DNA from: Intoshia linei
Taxonomy: Eukaryota > Animalia > Orthonectida
Assembly (NCBI GenBank): GCA_001642005.1
Contig: LWCA01000089.1
Span: 1-56,312, forward strand
Reading direction: 5' to 3'
DNA: 56,312 nt
The stretch's first letter is position 1. The number at the start of each line of letters is the position of its first letter. This document shows, piece after piece, positions 39,101 through 51,725 of this stretch. Both the position numbers and the translations under genes were made by a program. The notes beneath the pieces were generated by a model. It made no database searches and was not told the origin of the DNA. It saw nothing but the letters and a program-made list of their open reading frames with translations.

Positions 39101-41516
39101 TTTGTTTATTTTTAAACAAACTCATTTTTAACATTGAATGGTAAACAAACATTATTTAAGTACTCAGTTGTTCATGTGGACCACCTTTTTTGAACCCCAA
39201 AAAAAATTTAATACAAATAAAAAAAGGTTTTATATTGTTTTAAGGTAATTCATATTTGTCTCTTTCAGTAACTATCTTTTTCTTAACCTTCTATAATTTT
39301 CTTTCTAAATATTCCAATATGATTTTCCCAATATCTCTCTTTCACAAAATAATAAAAGTTGGCTAAAACTTTTTAAAAAGTTTTAAAATGTGTTTATCTA
39401 TATTTGAAATGTTACAGAACATCAAAATTTTCGTTTTCCTTTTTCTTTTAAAATAAACAGTTTTCGACAACATTCTGGAATTAATTTATTAAAACTCGAT
39501 TACATTTTATGGTAAATTAGTCCACAGTTTAAATTTTAAAAAAATTCAAAATTTCAAAAATTCAACCACAAAACGGTATCATTTTCCATAATTTTGCTAT
39601 ATATATTTCGCACAATGAAAAATATTTGAATTTTATGAACCATCACTGGTTAATTGGATTTTAGTTTATCATGCTGAAAGATGATAAACTTTAAAATAGA
39701 GGTTAAGAATACACTTAACTTTTTAATTTCTAGGCTAAATAAATACCTTTTGAACTTACAAAACAAACAATTTTGTTGTTGCATTTTGTTTAAATTCCAA
39801 ATTTAAAAATAAATGTGCTTTTTAAAATGTATTGAAGATTAATTTTACTCTTCATATAATTTCCTTTTCATGTAAAAATTAAAAAAATCTAGATTATATT
39901 ACTTTTAAAAATTCCAATAGACCAAAATCCAATCATGTACAGTATTTTAGCGCAATAAGTGAAATTTTTTAATTTAATTATGCTGACTAGTCATTTAATA
40001 TCCTTGAAATATTATAACATTACTCATAAATATATACGTACTACACAAATTATGATAAAAATGCACTCATACATCACACAAATAAATTGTCACTTAAATA
40101 CAATTAAAAGATTACGTGAAAAAGTGCTGATAAATAATGATAAACCATGAAAATTAAATTAAAATCAATGAATGGTACTATAATCATTGTCTGTGTAGAC
40201 ATTTTTCACAAATAAAATAATTAATTTAATAATTGAAAATATTGAAATAAATATTACGGGTCACGATATCACAAAATGAAGAGACGATTAAACATTAAAT
40301 ATAATCAATACCACAAAATGCAAATTGACATTAAAAATAAAAATGCTTTGTGTAAATAAATATCAATGTTCAATGCGAATCTGGGTAAAATGATGAAAAA
40401 GTTTTGAAATAAATACCGTCAAATTCTGGAAAATAATCTGCTAAATCACATTCTTGAATTTTTTCTTCTAACAAATCAATTTTGTTGAGAAATAGGATAA
40501 TTGAAGATTGGTTGAAAAATGGGTAAAATATAATGGTGCGAAATAAAGATATGGACTCAATCATTCGATTCTAAAAATTAAATCATAAATTGCCATAAAT
40601 AATCATGACAAATATTGAAAAAATATTTATGTTCAATACTACCAATGTAGTAATGACATCGATCGACACAAAAACAAAAAGGAAACCTCATTTGCTTTTT
40701 CGACTAAAACTTGATCATATTCGCTCAGTGCAACTAAAAATATAATGGAAGTAACGCCTTCAAAACAATGAATCCATTTTCGACGTTCACTGCGCTGACC
40801 TCCAACATCTACCATTCGGCAATTTAGTGCATCGATAGTAAAATTATACTCAACGATACCCGTGGTAGGTACCCGAGCTCTAAGAACATCTTGAGTGGAC
40901 GGTATGTAATTTTCCACACATAGACGATCCAGCGAATTCAAATAACTAGGAAATATTAAATGATTTTAATCACACTTACTATTTGGCAGAATCATTTAAT
41001 TGGTATTCGCGGCGTCGGTCGTAACAGTTTTGAAGACCCTGGTCTTTCCAAAGGTCCTTGATAATGGTATGGTGCTCTTTTTCAATGAGTTGTTGTTCAT
41101 CGATATTAATTTTTTCTATGACAGCCGCATTCGCCTAAACCGGGTAAATTCACAAAAATATTAAAAGTTACGTCGTTCAAATGGTTGTCATATTTGATGT
41201 TAAGTGTATATGCAGCTTTTACAAGGGTTTGAATGCAGAGATAAACATTTTGAGCAATTTGGACGCGATATCCCATTAAATCTTCGCGGCTATAACCATT
41301 TCCGTGAATAACACGCATTTGTTTAATGAATGTACTTTTACCCGACTCACCCGTACCTAAAATTAGTCTTTAACTCTAAACCTGCTTACCCAAAAGCAAC
41401 AATTTCAATTCGAGCCTGTTGTCGTGTTTTTCTTTTCGCAGCTGTCGTTCAATATTGTCGTTTATTCGTTTCTGCTCCTTGGCCTCATCAGACATGCAAC
41501 ACGAAAATAAATTCAT
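36130..41516 (-). CDS. GNAQ: G protein alpha-q subunit
   Basis: [19 protein letters not shown]...[60 protein letters not shown] and C-terminus LEEYNLI* (Gq-type EYNLV). Confidence 0.92.
38030..38803. mobile_element. Nested MITEs: hAT-like element containing a piggyBac-like element (38121-38656) containing a 5-bp-TSD element (38127-38439)
   Basis: Outer TSD GTTAGGGC/GTTAGAGC. Middle TTAA|CCCTTT(CACTGTC)...GACAGTAAAAGGG|TTAA. Inner CAGGGCTGATCC...GAATCCGCCCTG with TSD CCTTT. Confidence 0.75.
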
Positions 41517-42110
41517 TGGAGTGAAGCTATCAATATTAAAAAAAAATTAGAGTGAATCACCGACATGACTGAGAAATGTAAATGCACTTCAGACAAAACT
41601 AACATTCAACATAGTGTTTCTATAACAAAATGGAAATGGTATTTATTTCGTTAGTTTAGTTAAAAGGAATGGGTACCTTACTCACTTTGCTAGCAAAATA
41701 TATTTAAATAATTCGTATACTGTCATTTGACAAACAATAACGAAAATTAAACAAAAACCATAATAAAAATGTATACAATTAATGAATATTAATTACTTGT
41801 ATATCCGTTATCAGATAATAGCATTTGCCACGTAGAAATCGTAATAAATATCGAAATAGATATTTAATTGGTATTTATTATATAGTAACATTCATAACTA
41901 GATACCATGATGCAAAATATGAATAGGATATCCAAATATACAGCTACAAACAATACTCGAATATGATCAACCTATTTTAGAAATGCTGAATTTGGAATTG
42001 CATACAATTGTACAAGTATCGATTATTTAATGCATTTTGTAGCAACATCTTAAATAATTACAATAAGGCTTTTATTTTTATTGATACTGACAAATTTAAC
42101 TTTACGGCAA

Positions 42111-45100
42111 TTAACATCTTCTATCTGGAGCACGTTCACGCGGTGAACTGTAAATAATGTTATCTACTCGTGTAATCATTTCAGCGCATTCTGTAGCACT
42201 TTGAACGATTTGTCGTTTCACACGTAGTGATTCTGTTATTCCTAGTTTCCTCATATCTCCAACTCCTCTAATGGAAAAATCTAAAAATATTCAATGGTAA
42301 TTTTGAGAATACTACCAATTCCCATTGTATTTTCTTTATTTGCATGATATGAACGAAGAGTAGAAACAATTTCGGCCGAATCCATACCACAGTTGTCTGC
42401 TATTATTCGCGGTAGCTAAAATGAAATGTACTAAAACTATCAAAATGTATATTATTTAATAACTGCCGATATTTCGGATCAATGTCCCCATTAGACCAAT
42501 ATCATACATTACACATAGGCAAAGTTAAATAATACAATTCAGTATTTTTCAAATTTTATAATTCAGTCGTTACATAAAGATAATTTGATAATTTTAGCCA
42601 TTCCAAAATTTCGGATTACAGGCAGGACATACTTAATTCCCGGAACAACGTAAAAATAAAATTTTAGATAAGTTTTTCTAAATTTCACGAAAATAAGAAA
42701 ACGCATATAAACTAACTCTTTGATAGATCATTATTATTGGAAGAAAAAAAATTTTAATATTGTATATTTTTAGTTATGTTAGCGATACGCTCAAAGTACG
42801 ATTACATTTTTGTTGAAACGTGTATATGCACGTTGAAAGATGAGGTTAATATTGAAAAATGTCCAAATTAGACTACAGTAAATATTCCCCATAAGCACAT
42901 CTATATAAAGTGTGCCTATAGGGAGTTTTCACTGTATTTTAAAATTTTATAATAAACACAATCTAAATTCGATAATTACACCACTGATAGGAAAAGATGT
43001 TTTTTCGTGTTAAAAATACACACATGAAGTAGTTTTTAACACATTTCAAAAAATATACATTTTAAAATCAAATTCAATATAAAAAAAATCACAAAAGAAT
43101 AGACTCCATGCGCAAACAAGGTTCATTTACGTATCACTGAAATCTACAAGTTTTGTTCAATGAACATTGTTCGTTGCATTGAAAAACGTTATTAATTGTC
43201 TCTCATATAGGTAAAAAATATAGTTTCGGATTCAATTGGAGGGCTAAGTTACAGTTTTACTTGAAAACAAATTTTCGAATATAATCTCAAAATTAACCCT
43301 TACGAGACAATTGCATGTATAGATGCCAAAAACTACTCATAAATTTACATTAATTTATATACAAACCATAATAAGGCAATAACAATATAAATTTTGAACA
43401 AATTACTGCTCATACAATAACATGTAATATGCGTAAAAATTAATTTTATTATCAATGTTTACTTTGTGTCAACAATAGAATAAATTATATTTGAAATATA
43501 ATAGACGCGACGTGATTGTAATTGCGTTTCATAAAATAAATACATTTTATTGCTAATTCTTAGCCAAATTTAAGTTGTTTACTTTACAAATCAATGACAT
43601 TTGAAATTTGTGAATTTTGAGCTTGAAAAATTTTAGTGTTTTTAACATTTCAAAAGTGAAATTTTTTGCTTTCAATTTTAAAAATCAGCATAGTCTCGTA
43701 AAGATTAAGAAAAAATATTTAAGTTAATTGCCATCATTGATTTACATTGTCCAGTATATATTACATATTAAATTATATGTAATGACATTATTACTTGAAA
43801 GTACAAAAAATACACAAATATTTATCATAAACTAGATTGAATGTTACATACTTCGTACAAATAGCACCTAGCTCTGCCGAGGGCGAGCTTTTTTAATTAT
43901 GCCAAAAAATAAATTCAATAAAATCTTACTTAAAAATGCTACTATTCACTATTACAAATCCTTTAAATGAGTGGTTTCCAGACATTTTCCACATGGACCC
44001 GTCATTTAACATTAATTTAAAGGGAATTATTTCCACTTAATTTTATTTTGTTTGATTGGTGTAAAGAATTTTAAAAACAATTTTGTGATTCCATTTATTT
44101 AAATTATTAGACAGAATGAGTGTATACTCTTTTAAATAAAGTAAAACAACAATAATCAACATTTTCATAAATATCTTAAATTCCAAAAAAAATAAAATTA
44201 AAATTAAGTAAATAAATCTATATTTCATTAATGTTAATGGTATTTATTCAGTATCTACTTTCGATGAATAAAAAATATTTTGTATCAATAATTATTATAT
44301 AAATACAAACATTATAATAACGGAATCAGCACTTTAAAAACAAATTTCGGTTAAATTTTACTAACATTGAAATAAAGATAAAAATGTCAAAGTAATTTCA
44401 AGTAATTCTAAACTTTTTGAAAATGTGTAGACGTTCAATGCACATTTTTAACCGAGAATGCATAGATTTATGGGGTTAAAATTTTGTATTTATATCAACT
44501 GGAATAAGATGTATTAGAATTATCTTTTTTTAATTGTTTAAAATTTTTCGTTTTAATAAAATAGTTACCAAATATAAAAAAATGAATACTAATTTTTTTT
44601 ATTTAATCTTATCTCAATTCAATCAATTTTCTTAAAAAGGGTTTTCTGAGATTTTAATTGTGAATATGCACTTTTTTGTTGTAGCGAGTTATGCTACTGC
44701 TTATGGTTGTAAAACACTATCCCTCAATTTATGTTGTATAAAATTCTAGGACTTTTTTCATTTTTTTTAAAAAAAGTTTAATTTGTGGTTTATAAGTTGT
44801 AAACTTTACAATGTAAAGATATAAGAGTTTGAAATTATCATAATGTTGATAATTTTAAAATCATCAGATTGTGTATTTTTTATAATTCTAATACTCGTTT
44901 GATTTAAAAAAAAAATACTGGAGGTTTTGACTTCAAGGACCCAATTTATAAAAATAAAATTTACTATAAAAACTCACCCAAAAAATAATTAACAACTTAC
45001 CAAAAAGAAATGGACTTTATAATCCTTTTTTATACGGAAGCATACGAACTATCCGATGATGAACAGTGAACACCTTTCGAAAAAAGATAATGATCTATTT

Positions 45101-47762
45101 ACGCGTAATCTATTGTTAATTTACACAAATTATGTGATTTACAATTTATTTTTAAATTTTATAATGGATTTTTATAAGTGGAGATAAAAAATTATACTTT
45201 TTATTATATTTTATGATTTTATATTTTATGGGTCTATTTTTGATTTAAATGTTTTTAATAATTAAAAAATTAAATTTAAAAAAACACAAAAGGAATTGAT
45301 GTATAATAGTGGAATTAATAATTAAAGTGTATCAACAAATATGCTGACATGATTTATGTATTGATATACAAAATATTAATTATCAATATTGATAAATAAA
45401 ATCGATAATCAGATTCGTTTGCTTTTATATACAATAGGTAACTAAACACATAAAAGTGAGTTAATTCAACAATGGATACAATACGTCAAGATAAATTATT
45501 CACATGTCAATACTCACGTTATATAATGTAAAAGTTTACTAGACTAAATGAAGACTATAGCAACATTTTGGATGTTAAATATAAACCTGTCTTAGGGCAT
45601 ATGCATACGATTCAATGACGATAGCTTGCTTTCCAGTGGTTTGTTCAGCCAATCGAGAAACAGCATTAGCCATAAGCATTTCAGTACAACCTAAATATCA
45701 TATTATATATTACTGACCATCTGAAATTAGAATTGAAATTGTTGAGGCGTTAACTTTTTTCGTCGTTGACACATTTGCAATATACAAATCTCATGTACTT
45801 TAAAAAATGATAAATTGTAAATAAATTAATTATATACAAGTGAAATGTAAAATTTCAAAAAATAATAATTTTCGTGGTCAAAGATCCCTCAATAAACTCA
45901 AAATTTTCAGACCTAGGTCCATATGGACCACTTACTATACTATTAAAATTACCTCCTCCACACACAGTTCTTTTCTCTTGTAAAGTTTGGTTTAAAACAC
46001 AAAGAGCATCATGAATCGAACGTTTGGCTTCACCCAAAATTTGGGATGTAGCTCCTCTCAAAACTATGACACAAGCTTCACCCACTTTTACACCTATATA
46101 AGTTATTTAATCGAAAATAGATGATTAAATTTACCCGAAAATTTAATCATTGTTTCTTCTCCAATCTGAACTTCATGGATTTTATCACAATATCCCAACA
46201 TTTCCGGATTTACTTCATCAAACGTGGATTTTATTTCAGCCCCTAAAATTAAATATAAATCAAATTATTAAAAAAATATTAGCAATAAAGCCTGTAATCA
46301 TGAATCAAAGTGTTAGGTCACCAAACTGCTTAACTCGCAGATTAGACAAGCAATAAACGATATATTGGCTGGATAGGTAAACAATGATTTACCAGTAACA
46401 AGAGCAAGTCTTTCAACCCCAGTAAAATCAGCATGTTCAATTGCCATCACGCCAGCCTGAGCAAATAATTGTTCCGGGTAATTATATATTAACTGTCTAA
46501 ATTAAAATGTCAAATAAATAAATACATCTAAAATTTTGTTGCAAATTAATAGAATAACCTATTAATAAAAACATTAATCCCATGTTTCAAAATTTTATCA
46601 ACTTTGTCTTTCATTTTTTTTCTTTCAGCTTCTTCGATATCTGCCAGTTTGGCTATGGAATTAACTTTTACTCTTGAAGAAAAAACTTTGATTTTATCGT
46701 GATCCATTGCAGTATTTGAAACCATTATTTTACAATTTTTCATTACTTTAGGTTGATTGATACCAATAGATTTATTCAGTAAAAAACCTAAGATGTAAAT
46801 ATAAAATATATAACTTAAAAGAACCTTCTTCTAAATAAGAGTCATTCAATGTTCCTCCCATAACCTTCATTATTTGAACAGCACTCAAGTCTACATTACC
46901 CTACAATTATAAATATAGTCAATGTAACATTAAGATGTGCATTAATCAATTACCTTTAGTCTCAGCACAACATCAACAACTAATTTGGCGAATTTGTCTT
47001 TATAATCTTTTAAAATTTTGGAACTTAAAGTAGTGCAAGCAATATTATATAATTCTTTTTCAAATTTTTCGTTTATAGTGCTATTAGAATATAGATTTAA
47101 AAAAATCTAAATTACGTGTAATCTATAGCAGACTCTTCTAAAGCTTTGCATGCGACATCTACGCACTTTTTCCAACCGGCAATAATCGTTTGAGGGTGGA
47201 TTTTATGCTCGATCAGTTTTTCAGCTTCCTAAATTGTACATTACCCTCGGTGTATATTAAATAAAAAAATTACACAAATAATTTTAAAAAATTGGTTTGA
47301 CATATTTACATAAATAATTAACCTCTAAAAGTTTAGCTGATAGAACTGTAACAGATGTAGTTCCATCGCCAACATCATTATCTTGAACTTTGGCAACCTC
47401 TATTAAAATTTTTGCGGCTGGGTTATCAATTCTAAGAGATTTTAATATGGTGGCACCGTCATTCGTAATTCTCATTTTTTCATATTTACCCATAGGTAGT
47501 AATATTTTGTCCTAAACTTAATTTTATTTATTTTGTACATTTCGAACCATTCCATTTGGTCCTAAAGTTGATTCAACTACTTCTCCGATTGTTCTGGCAC
47601 CAACGAATGCACTCTAAATGTTATAAAATTTGATTATTTCAAAATTTAACCAATCTGGCCATTTCATTCTTTTCATGGCCGGCTTTTTCGTTTAATATAT
47701 TTATTGGTTGTAAATTTGAAGACTAGTAATCAAATTAACATATAAAATATCAAAAATACCAT
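42111..47762 (-). CDS. CCT2: T-complex protein 1 subunit beta (first coding exon is ATG only)
   Basis: [84 protein letters not shown] and [11 protein letters not shown]. Confidence 0.96.
42876..42934. mobile_element. Tc1/mariner (pogo-like) MITE
   Basis: TA|CAGTAAATATTCCC...GGGAGTTTTCACTG|TA. Confidence 0.6.
44415..44930 (-). mobile_element. Internal fragment of the Helitron family
   Basis: AAATGTGTAGACGTTCAATGCACATT, AAAATTTTGTATTTATATCAACTGGAATAAG and ACTCGTTTGATTT are shared with other copies. Confidence 0.55.
46290..46351 (-). ncRNA. Candidate intronic hairpin RNA (pre-miRNA-like) in CCT2
   Basis: 62-nt imperfect stem-loop whose G-U pairs favour the CCT2 sense strand. No family recognised. 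Confidence 0.3.
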
Positions 47763-48238
47763 TCTACTAGAAAAATTTAATATCGTTAATTTTAAATCAA
47801 GTAAACTTTGTTTTTTTCAGTCGCTCATTTTAATTTTTACAATTTATTTTTTTAAATAGACTCAATTCGTTTTGAGTCATTTTAAAAATTAATTTGACGA
47901 TATGCACATTATTTTCCTTGAAATACGGATAAACACAAATATTGTAACCAATTATACCTTTAATGAACATTTACAACTATCGTTTGAAATTTAAACTTTG
48001 AACATGTAGTACTTTGGTTGCCCCGCTTTTAAAAAGGGATGGAACGATTGAGATTATATCAGGTTTTTGCATATCTTTGAGTCATTAACATTATCTGAAT
48101 CTTTATCATAGTGAAATTATCAGTTATGTAATTCAAAATGACAATTGAATAATTATTTTAGAAAAAATACAAAAAAAGAAGATATTATTTTTTATGTATA
48201 AATACCAGTTTATATTAATGTACATTGAACAAATTATT

Positions 48239-48571
48239 TTAATTTTCTTCAAGAGATTTAGTTTTGTTCAAAGCTTCACTGTTAATTCCCATTAAATTAT
48301 GAAGAGAGTCAGCATTGATGACTTCAGCGGGATGCAACTAAAATTGCATAAAATAAGAAATTAATAAAACAAACTGTTGCAATTAGTAATTGTAACTCTG
48401 ATCTCAATTGTTGAGACAACGTGGTTTCCTCTTTGCTCGGATAAGTCACGTTTTGATAATTTTTGTCTTTTGGTTCAGTAGTTAATCGAACATGTTGTAA
48501 TTTTGATAATTTTTCAATTAATTCTGAAGTAGCTTTTAGTTTTTCGTCTATAGACTGGCAATCCGATTCTT
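48239..48571 (-). CDS. BRD7: Last two exons of bromodomain-containing protein 7/9; upstream exons not found in the window
   Basis: EKLKATSELIEKLSKLQHVRLTTEP...PSKEETTLSQQLRSELQLLIAT|LHPAEVINADSLHNLMGI matches the BRD7 C-terminus KKLDETTRLLRELQEAQNERLSTRP...PSYREMHLAEQVTNNLKELAQQVTPGDIVSTYGVRKAMGI. Exons 48375-48571 and 48239-48337. Confidence 0.75.
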
Positions 48572-48733
48572 CTAAATAATTTAATAAATATTTTAACTGT
48601 ATAAATGTATCCTAACATATATATTATTTTTTGTTATGTCTTTAAGGTCTATCTGTGTTTTTAACCCATTAACTTTTTTATATATCTTAAAGGTCACATT
48701 TAATATCCTTAGTAAAGATAGCTTAGTAAAAAT

Positions 48734-49560
48734 TCCTTACTTATATAATATGCTACGCAATATTTGTTTGTGTGTGTGTGTTCCACTTTATGTCAATAAC
48801 TACATGTCTTAAAATTTTATAAATTCCACATTTCAATTACAGTTTTTTCCGAAGTATAATAAAATAAATTTCAACCTCCCAAACTCACATCTTACGTGTC
48901 AAAAACCCCAATTCACCTTTTTTTGAAAATCAAACGAGTTGGAGAATTTAAAAAATTTCAATTCGAATAAGTGACGACTTCACAGTCACAAAAGCATTTT
49001 AGTATTCATATATTTTTTTCCAAAATAATGTAAAACAAAAAATGTGAAAAAATTAACTGTCCGAAAATTAAAAAAAAGATACTTCTGATAGAGCTTATTC
49101 CAGTTGATATAAATACAAAATTTCATCTCCTGAAATCTACGCATTCCCGGTGAAAAATAATTTTTAATATATTATCAACCAAATTTTTCAAATATTTCGA
49201 ATTAAAATAAAAATGAAAATGCAAATTGATCCTACAATTTTAAAAATAAAGTGCAATTTGTAGTCTTACACATTTCCAATAAAGAAATATGGGTGAAAAT
49301 CTATATAATTCATTCCTTCGGAATTTTTTTTATTGCTACGCAATTTTTAAATTTCAAACTCTCATTTTCAAAACATTTTGTTTCAAATTAATCAACTTAA
49401 ATTAAAACAACGAAACTAAAAGTAATACAACTTTGTTATTATAATTTTTATATTTATTACAATCCTTTGCAATATTGGTAAAATTCGCCTGAAATATGTT
49501 TATATAGTGAAGATTCCGTTAATAATTGATACATAATTGGTATTTTTAAGTATTTATTAA
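48734..49560 (+). mobile_element. Non-autonomous Helitron family copy (3'-truncated)
   Basis: Begins TCCTTACTTATATAA and is the reverse complement of 33467-34662 over ~800 bp. Confidence 0.7.
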
Positions 49561-49589
49561 ATTGGTACAGAATATAAACTTCCTATCTA

Positions 49590-50130
49590 TAGATGCACTG
49601 ACACGTGGGACAGCGTATTCCGCATGTTGAGTTCTAAATCAATAAGACATAAATTCAATTGCATCACACCATAGATAGGAATGAAATAACAGCAAACTAT
49701 CACCCGCAATCTAATGGCCAAACTGAGTGATTTAACAAGACACTCAAACAAAGATTAAAAAATCGCTGTAAAGGAAGACATAAATAACAAATGCTTTGAA
49801 TGATATACTTTTCAATTATAAGACCACACCTCAAAGTACTACAAAAATACCACTTATAGAGTTGATACATAATACAGTGGTTCGCTCACATTTAAATATG
49901 GGATTACCTTTAAAGAGTGTTAATCCAATGAAGAACAGCAAGGTTGCCAGATCAAATGTAATGTCACAGCAAATAAAAATAAAAAAAATTAAATTTAAAA
50001 ACATCTCAAGTAGATGAATTGGTAAAAGTAGCAAAGAAAATTATTGATAAAGTTTCTTATAATACATTTAGACTTGATAACAAAATCTGGCATAATAGAA
50101 ACTTAACCAAAAGCAATCTTCGAAACACTG
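49590..50130 (+). mobile_element. Ty3/gypsy integrase C-terminal remnant
   Basis: TANYHPQSNGQTE*FNKTLKQRL, ILFNYKTTPQSTTKIP and a GPY/F-like tail IIDKVSYNTFRLDNKIWH. Confidence 0.8.
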
Positions 50131-50753
50131 TAATAGTTAGATACCTAGCCCAATCCTTACGGAATGATACAACGGACATTTTTATGGAAAATTTCTCGGC
50201 AGTCAGTAAGCTACACGATTTAATGTCGATTCAACGCTCAGAAATTGTATCTCTCAATTTCTGGGGAGGTCAAAAAAAGAGTCAAGCTACAATGCAATGC
50301 CTTACATCATGGTAATGTCTGAAAGAGCGTCCAAAACTCTACAGTTACTAGAGTCAAAGCACAAGTGATTACCTGCATTACCTGTATCAACTTTCATTAC
50401 AAAAAATACCGTTTTCTCCAGATAAGAGAGGACAGTATTCAGGAGGCATTTGCAGCAATGCAGTGCCACCTGAAGAAGTTCCTGCCTACACTATCGGACG
50501 AGCAAGTCAACTCCATGGTGACATTGGAACTTCTTTGGCGTATACCACGCTCAGTCAAAGCTCGGCTATAGCTTTTACCCAGCGACATAATAGATAATAT
50601 CAAAATTTATCTGCACTCGGAAGGGCTGGTTAAGCCAAAAGCAGCACCAAAAGTTGATTTTAGAAAGCCGTCAGTTCAACGGAATACTTTCTACTGTACA
50701 TACAGCAGACAATTTGGGCATTCCTCTAAAAACTGCAGAAAACAGCAGAGGTA
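50130..50753 (+). mobile_element. LTR-retrotransposon gag remnant with zinc knuckle
   Basis: QIREDSIQEAFAAM...LKKFLPTL and CTYSRQFGHSSKNC (degenerate CX2CX4HX4C). Stops present. Confidence 0.65.
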
Positions 50754-51097
50754 AATTTTAATTATATATCCGGTAGTTACCGTTCAAATAATTACATTTT
50801 TCTTCCAAACTTAGAATGGTTAACGTATTTTTCATGGTAATTAGCAACAGTATATACTAGTTTGTGGATTGAATAGTTACCCCAGATAGGACAATTACAG
50901 ATCATAGGACTGCAACAGTCAGGGGTGCAAAATATGAATATATTTTCATTTTGTGTTGAGAATATTGAATTCTTGGTCCCTATTGGAAGATCACTGACCA
51001 CTGATATATTCATAACGGAAATAAAGCAATGTGTTTATTATAAATGGCGAAATGGTAGAGTGGTAGAGATCTACATTACACCAAAACAGTATAGTAC

Positions 51098-51274
51098 AAG
51101 GTATATTATAGCATTATATAATACTTAAACATTGTATTTTAAAGGCCTTTCAGAAACAATATCCAATTTAAACCTCCATTTGAGATACCTTCCACCTTAT
51201 TCCAATTTCTTAATCCTATAGAAAACGTATTCATCGTATGGAAAAATTCGGTGAAACGTGCCTGCGTTCAAACT
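51098..51274 (+). mobile_element. Tc1 transposase fragment including its intron, near-identical to 54825-55002
   Basis: Same 44-nt intron (51101-51144) followed by ...FLNPIENVFIVWKNSVKRACVQT. One-base deletion relative to the sibling copy. Confidence 0.85.
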
Positions 51275-51725
51275 GTAACTTCAAATATATTGTAATAGCT
51301 CTAACATTTAGAATGAAATACGCAGCAACTGTTCAGAAGGCCAGGAATATATGCGCCAACCTCTGTACGATTATCTCACAGATAAGTGGTGGTCAGTTAG
51401 AAAAAGACCGGTGGCTTTGGAGGGACGATATCCATATGTAGGTTTAGTTGTTGATAGTACAAGTGTACAAATGATGCCATATAAATTAATATTTAATTAA
51501 ATTTAGGTCTATCGTTCAAGTGGAATAGAAATACATTCCAAACGTCTATGGGACGGTAAAAATGATGTAAGATTGGCAACCATCTGCACAAGAGGGAAAG
51601 ATATCATTACACTCAACCTCTGGATACAATACATGTCAATGTATTCTGACGGCGAATATCCGAGAATTATCGCAATGATGTATACAAAATCAATGAAACC
51701 TGAGTTAATAAAAATGTTCGCACTA

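Noticed and set aside
41476-41567. Possible out-of-frame upstream ORF overlapping the G-alpha-q start
   Set aside because: It depends on an unverified 5' UTR intron; there is no supporting evidence.
51238-51441. ORF-track frame (LTFRMKYAATVQK...) as the viral N frame
   Set aside because: The alternative frame NEIRS...EYMRQPLYDYLT..EGR aligns better with N, is bounded by splice sites and is continuous with the downstream N motifs.
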